Source: an uncultured Anaerolineales bacterium (GTDB taxonomy: Bacteria > Chloroflexota > Anaerolineae > B4-G1 > SLSP01). Taken from it: a stretch of DNA of 50,407 nucleotides. The notes beneath the pieces are model-generated. The model saw only the letters and a list, made by a program, of their open reading frames with translations, was not told the origin of the DNA and ran no database searches. This document shows, piece after piece, positions 46,787-50,407 of the stretch (positions are counted from its first letter, which is position 1; every line of letters begins with the position of its first letter). A program made the translations under genes and the position numbers. Location: positions 32,239-82,645 of the forward strand of contig CAZHBB010000001.1 of the NCBI GenBank assembly GCA_964530185.1. The letters are read 5' to 3'.

Positions 46787-49335
46787 CGTAGCACCACCGG
46801 CAGGTAGGTCCGGTGGGTATGCCCAAGCACCCCGTAGAGGCCGAGGTAGTGGATATCCGCCTCTAGATAACCTGGGAGCTGCATTTGCGGTTGAATTCCC
46901 TCTGTCACCCAGGCGTGGGCTTCAAGCCGGTAGAGCATGGGCATCGTCACAGGTAACCCGCTTGCTGGATACCCCAGGATAAGGCGCAGCGGATGGGTGA
47001 AATATCCTGGCGGAGTGCCGTCAAGAGGCGTCGCGTTCAGGGTGAAGAAGTGGTTGATCCCCTGGAGATCGCCTTGCGCCTCGTGAGTGGTCGTGTAGGA
47101 GAGCGTGAAGGTCGTGTCCGCTTCGACGGTGTTCTCCGAGACGCGAAGCAGTGTGAAATGATCTGGGTAGGCTAACCACAGTGCACCGCCTTCCGGGCCA
47201 ATTGTAGCTGAAGTGGAGGGGAGTGGTGTTGGCGTAGGAGTGGGGAGGATGGCAAAACGGGCGAAGAAGATGTCAGCTTGCCCTGCTTTATGGCCCTGGA
47301 TTGGAGCCTGGAGCGGGAAATCGAATGAAGTGGTCGCACCAGTGACGTGGACCATCCAATTTGGATCAACGACGAGACGCCATCCGCGGTCGTCAGCGCT
47401 CCCACCAAGGTAGGAGCTATAGAGAAGTACTCCATCATTGCCATCCAAGACAGTTAGAAATGCTTCCATCTCCCCACCATAGTGAGGTTGTAGGGCCGCG
47501 TAAGTGGGAAAATTCGGGGACGTGGTGTCCCCGGTGACATAGACGTGATGTCCGCTATCTACCGCCAGATCCCACGCCCACTCGCGTTTACTGCCTCCCA
47601 GGTAGGTAGAGAAGACCAGGTGATCACCCGCTGGGGATAGTTTAGTGACGAAGGCCTCGTAATAACCGTTGTATTCCAGGTCGAACCCCCCAACGGTTGG
47701 GAAATCCGTGGAGATCGTGTATCCCGTGACATAGGCAGCTCCGGTCTCGTCAATGTCAATACCCCAACACTCATCCCTGTTGCTGCCCCCCAGAAAGGTC
47801 GCGTAGAACATCTGGTTGTGCCAGGGGTCAAGTTTAAAGACCAGACAGTCGTCCCAGTCACCGCCGTAGGTGCTTTGAAAGGGGTTAACAGTGGGAAAGT
47901 CCGGCGAGGAAGTCATGCCTGTCCCGTAGACGATGCCCTGGTCATCGACGGCCAGACGGAACACTTGATCCCGCTGCGGGGCGCTAATGAGAGTCGAGTA
48001 GAGCATGGTACCGTCGGCGCTAAATATAGTAATAAATCCATCCTCTTCGTCGGAGCCGAAGGTTGCTGATCTCCAGGGGTTGAGTAGGGGAAAATCGTCT
48101 GAGTAGACTTCTCCTCCCAGGTAGACACGACCGAGATGGTCCAGTTTAATGTCGTTGACCTCCTCACCTCGCGTGCCCCCCAGGAAGGTAGAGAAAATGA
48201 GCTTTCCATCCGCGTCCAATTTAACCAGGTAGGCGTCCTCATACCCGGCAAATCCTGGTTGCCAGGCGTCCTTGATAGGGAAATCCGTAGAGAAGGTCTC
48301 TCCAGCCACATAAGCGTTACCAGCTTCATCTATGACGATGGCATTGCCCTGGTCGCCGCTTCTTCCGCCGAAGATCGTGACATACACGAGGTTGCCTGAG
48401 GTATCCAGCTTGGCGACAAAAACATCAGAATCACCAGCATACTGTCCAGTGGAGAGCCCGGGAAAGTCAGAGGAATTGGTGACGCCACTGATGTAGGTAT
48501 TGTTCTGTTGGTCAAGGGCGATAGACCATCCTTCATCCTTGGCACTACCGCCAAGGTAAGTGGCGTAAATGAGGACAGGATCGATGATCAATGGGCGCGT
48601 GGGATCGAAAGGGCCACGAGCGGCAAAACCGTAGGTCCCGTCATCCAGTAGTTTGAAGACGATGGTGACGGCCCTTCGCTGCCCATTGAACTCCTGATAG
48701 GCTGCGGGGATGCGCTCTAGGAGGGTACTGCCACCCGGCAGGTCGACACGCAAAGTCTGGCCCCCGTCGGCGAGCGACAGGGACTGAACGCCCGTGTACC
48801 TGATGTGGATCTGGGTCAGGGATGCGCCGGCCTGGACTGTGAACTGGGATTTGAGCTTTCCCTCCTGGAAGGTGTAGCTCAGGTCAATGCCGTTGTAGAG
48901 GCCCTTGTAAGTGAGATGCCCGTAGATTGGTAGATCCGTCTGCCACTGATCCGGCTGGTTCCCGTGGTAGCTGTGGGCCAGTGCCCCGGTGGCTTGCTCT
49001 CCACGGAGCTGGACCGCTGGATTGGCGTCCACGAACTCTATCCCAACCTGGCCCTGAGACAAGAAACTGATCATACCGGTGGGGCTAAAGTGCATCTCGG
49101 GCACCACACCGAAGGTCTGATAGTGAGAACCCTCAGCGTAGGCGACGAAGTGCCCAGGGGACTTCCAGTCCCCCGGGGACTGGAAGTCCCCCAGGGACTG
49201 GAGCCCGCTCGCATTAGCAGTGGGGACCGCGTGGGAGGTGGGCGCGAGTGGAAATCGCAGCGCCACGGTGAAGGCGATCACAATTCCCAACATCAGGGCT
49301 TTCCCTGGGACATGTACACGGTGTTTGGACTCCAT
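46780..49335 (-). CDS. Secreted SBBP-repeat beta-propeller surface protein
   Basis: Signal peptide, N-terminal LY.GIDL.Y / P.AYQ / LIIDPVL domain, about seven Y.TYLGG...D....I..D..G..Y..G.T.S.DFP repeats, a PT linker and C-terminal YLPVVLRH. Confidence 0.85.
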   Translation of the reverse strand: MESKHRVHVPGKALMLGIVIAFTVALRFPLAPTSHAVPTANASGLQSLGDFQSPGDWKSPGHFVAYAEGSHYQTFGVVPEMHFSPTGMISFLSQGQVGIEFVDANPAVQLRGEQATGALAHSYHGNQPDQWQTDLPIYGHLTYKGLYNGIDLSYTFQEGKLKSQFTVQAGASLTQIHIRYTGVQSLSLADGGQTLRVDLPGGSTLLERIPAAYQEFNGQRRAVTIVFKLLDDGTYGFAARGPFDPTRPLIIDPVLIYATYLGGSAKDEGWSIALDQQNNTYISGVTNSSDFPGLSTGQYAGDSDVFVAKLDTSGNLVYVTIFGGRSGDQGNAIVIDEAGNAYVAGETFSTDFPIKDAWQPGFAGYEDAYLVKLDADGKLIFSTFLGGTRGEEVNDIKLDHLGRVYLGGEVYSDDFPLLNPWRSATFGSDEEDGFITIFSADGTMLYSTLISAPQRDQVFRLAVDDQGIVYGTGMTSSPDFPTVNPFQSTYGGDWDDCLVFKLDPWHNQMFYATFLGGSNRDECWGIDIDETGAAYVTGYTISTDFPTVGGFDLEYNGYYEAFVTKLSPAGDHLVFSTYLGGSKREWAWDLAVDSGHHVYVTGDTTSPNFPTYAALQPHYGGEMEAFLTVLDGNDGVLLYSSYLGGSADDRGWRLVVDPNWMVHVTGATTSFDFPLQAPIQGHKAGQADIFFARFAILPTPTPTPLPSTSATIGPEGGALWLAYPDHFTLLRVSENTVEADTTFTLSYTTTHEAQGDLQGINHFFTLNATPLDGTPPGYFTHPLRLILGYPASGLPVTMPMLYRLEAHAWVTEGIQPQMQLPGYLEADIHYLGLYGVLGHTHRTYLPVVLRH
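49157..49191. repeat. Perfect 35-bp palindrome (REP-like) inside the SBBP coding sequence
   Basis: GGGGACTTCCAGTCCCC-C-GGGGACTGGAAGTCCCC; the arms are exact reverse complements. Confidence 0.85.
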
Positions 49336-49454
49336 ATCGCGGAACTCCTTTAGTCCTGCTGTCTTTCTGTCGGTTTGTGCCGTGGGTTCGGTTCCCCTGT
49401 CGAGAGCTTTGGCGCTGTTATCGTCCTGTCAGGGGAGCGTCATGTCTCCCTGTC

Positions 49455-50054
49455 CTATCGGGCCAAGTCCAGGACTATCGTGGTGATGAGAATCCCCCCT
49501 ACGGCCCCGGCCACCAACTGGCCGGGGGTGTGTTTCCTGCGATGTAGACGGGCCCAGGCCACCAGAGGGAGACTCAGGAATGTCCACCAGGCCTTCCATC
49601 CGAAGGCGAACATCAGGACGGTGGCGAAGCCACCAACGCTCACCATGTGGAGACTGATCTTCCAGAAGTTGGAGATGGTGAACATGGTCAGGCCCAGACA
49701 GGCGTAGACCAGCGCCAGGCTCCACAACAGGGATGGGGCATGCCCAAGGCCAAGGACGAGCAGCGTCAGCAGGTCGCTGAACAGACTGACCAGGATAAAA
49801 CGCGGTCGATCTCGACGATCACTTAGTTCCAGGTCATGGACCCAACCGCGACGTCTGCCCACCACGAGATAGGCCAGTGGGATACCGGAGAGAAGTACGA
49901 TGGCGATGAGGGCCCAGAGGATCCCGCGCCACCGATCGCCCTGCCAGCCGATGATCGGGAACACAAATAGAGAGAGGACAGAGCTGTCAAAGAGGATTGA
50001 TGTCCACCGTGCCAGGTGATCTGTAAGTGTGGCGGTTCCTGTCTTGTTGCTCAT
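49455..50054 (-). CDS. PAP2-like membrane phosphatase family protein
   Basis: Six hydrophobic segments, KISLH and WARL...KHT..Q...G (PAP2 C2/C3-like motifs). Confidence 0.6.
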   Translation of the reverse strand: MSNKTGTATLTDHLARWTSILFDSSVLSLFVFPIIGWQGDRWRGILWALIAIVLLSGIPLAYLVVGRRRGWVHDLELSDRRDRPRFILVSLFSDLLTLLVLGLGHAPSLLWSLALVYACLGLTMFTISNFWKISLHMVSVGGFATVLMFAFGWKAWWTFLSLPLVAWARLHRRKHTPGQLVAGAVGGILITTIVLDLAR

Positions 50055-50319
50055 GGTATTCTACTCGCTTTGTCCAACGATATCCATCACGCGGGGACCC
50101 TCTCGATCTCCGCCCCGGGGGAGTATACAGCAGCAAAGGCCTGTCGCAAAACTTCCCTCCAGGTAGGGTCTCAGAGGTCTCTCGTTACGGCCAGTAGAAT
50201 TGACTCTGATGGAATGTTGTGCTAGCGGCCTCTCAGCGCTGGGGGCTCTCTCATCTAGCGAAGGCCCAGGGGGCTGGGAAGCCCGCTTTGGCCGTTGGAG
50301 GTGAGCGGCTTCGGCTTGC

Positions 50320-50406
50320 TCATCCTATCTCCGGGCCGGCGATGGCGAACTGCGCCTTCGGTTCCCACGGCAACGGTCGGGGGCCAAGGGCCATCCGGGT
50401 GAAGCT
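50320..50406 (-). CDS. 3' end of a gene truncated by the window edge, possibly a GNAT (YitH-like) acetyltransferase
   Basis: Minus frame reads ...SFTRMALGPRPLPWEPKAQFAIAGPEIG*, resembling the RM..G....AGPE.G C-terminus of that family. A hairpin overlaps the stop. Confidence 0.4.
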   Translation of the reverse strand, partial: SFTRMALGPRPLPWEPKAQFAIAGPEIG

Positions 50407-50407
50407 G

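Noticed and set aside
47200-48600. Periodic repeats in the SBBP gene as a possible CRISPR or DNA repeat array
   Set aside because: The repeats are at the protein level (propeller blades) with divergent DNA, and there are no identical repeats with spacers.
50230-50407. Apparently structured RNA (nested stems, UUCG/GCAA loops) at the window end
   Set aside because: Better explained as the 3' end of a minus-strand CDS plus a terminator-like hairpin. No known ncRNA signature was recognised.

Overview
GC-rich bacterial chromosomal window, most likely Chloroflexota (Anaerolineae-like); this is inferred from protein styles such as the C-terminal YLPVVLR tail and the tandem extracytoplasmic Ig-like domains. 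There are four blocks. (1) 0.1-15 kb is a cytoplasmic glycan/sulfated-sugar catabolic cluster: SDR epimerase, Asp-box sialidase-like protein, GH29 fucosidase, three Cys-type sulfatases, Gfo/Idh/MocA, an OYE-like flavoprotein, a DegT aminotransferase, KDG kinase and Eda, with endonuclease V embedded. (2) 15-16.9 kb is a NurA nuclease plus a stand-alone HAS-barrel-like gene, with no HerA ATPase beside them. (3) 17.3-33.4 kb is a dcw cluster from mraZ to ftsZ with clear MraZ boxes; murE and mraY are absent and a CvpA-like gene is inserted. It is followed by a DUF1622 pseudogene, an ABC exporter whose permease is fused to a SpoIIM domain, rocD and tRNA-Asp. (4) 38.5-46.8 kb is a tightly coupled operon of DUF4956, a VTC/CYTH polyphosphate-polymerase domain protein, three CotH-family proteins (one intact-looking, two lacking the catalytic motifs) and a lipoprotein. 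It converges on an SBBP beta-propeller surface protein (with a perfect 35-bp palindrome in its coding sequence) and a PAP2-like membrane protein. Block 4 is the best candidate for an uncharacterised system. No CRISPR array, rRNA, integrase or transposase was seen. All family calls come from motif recognition by eye; no database searches were run.
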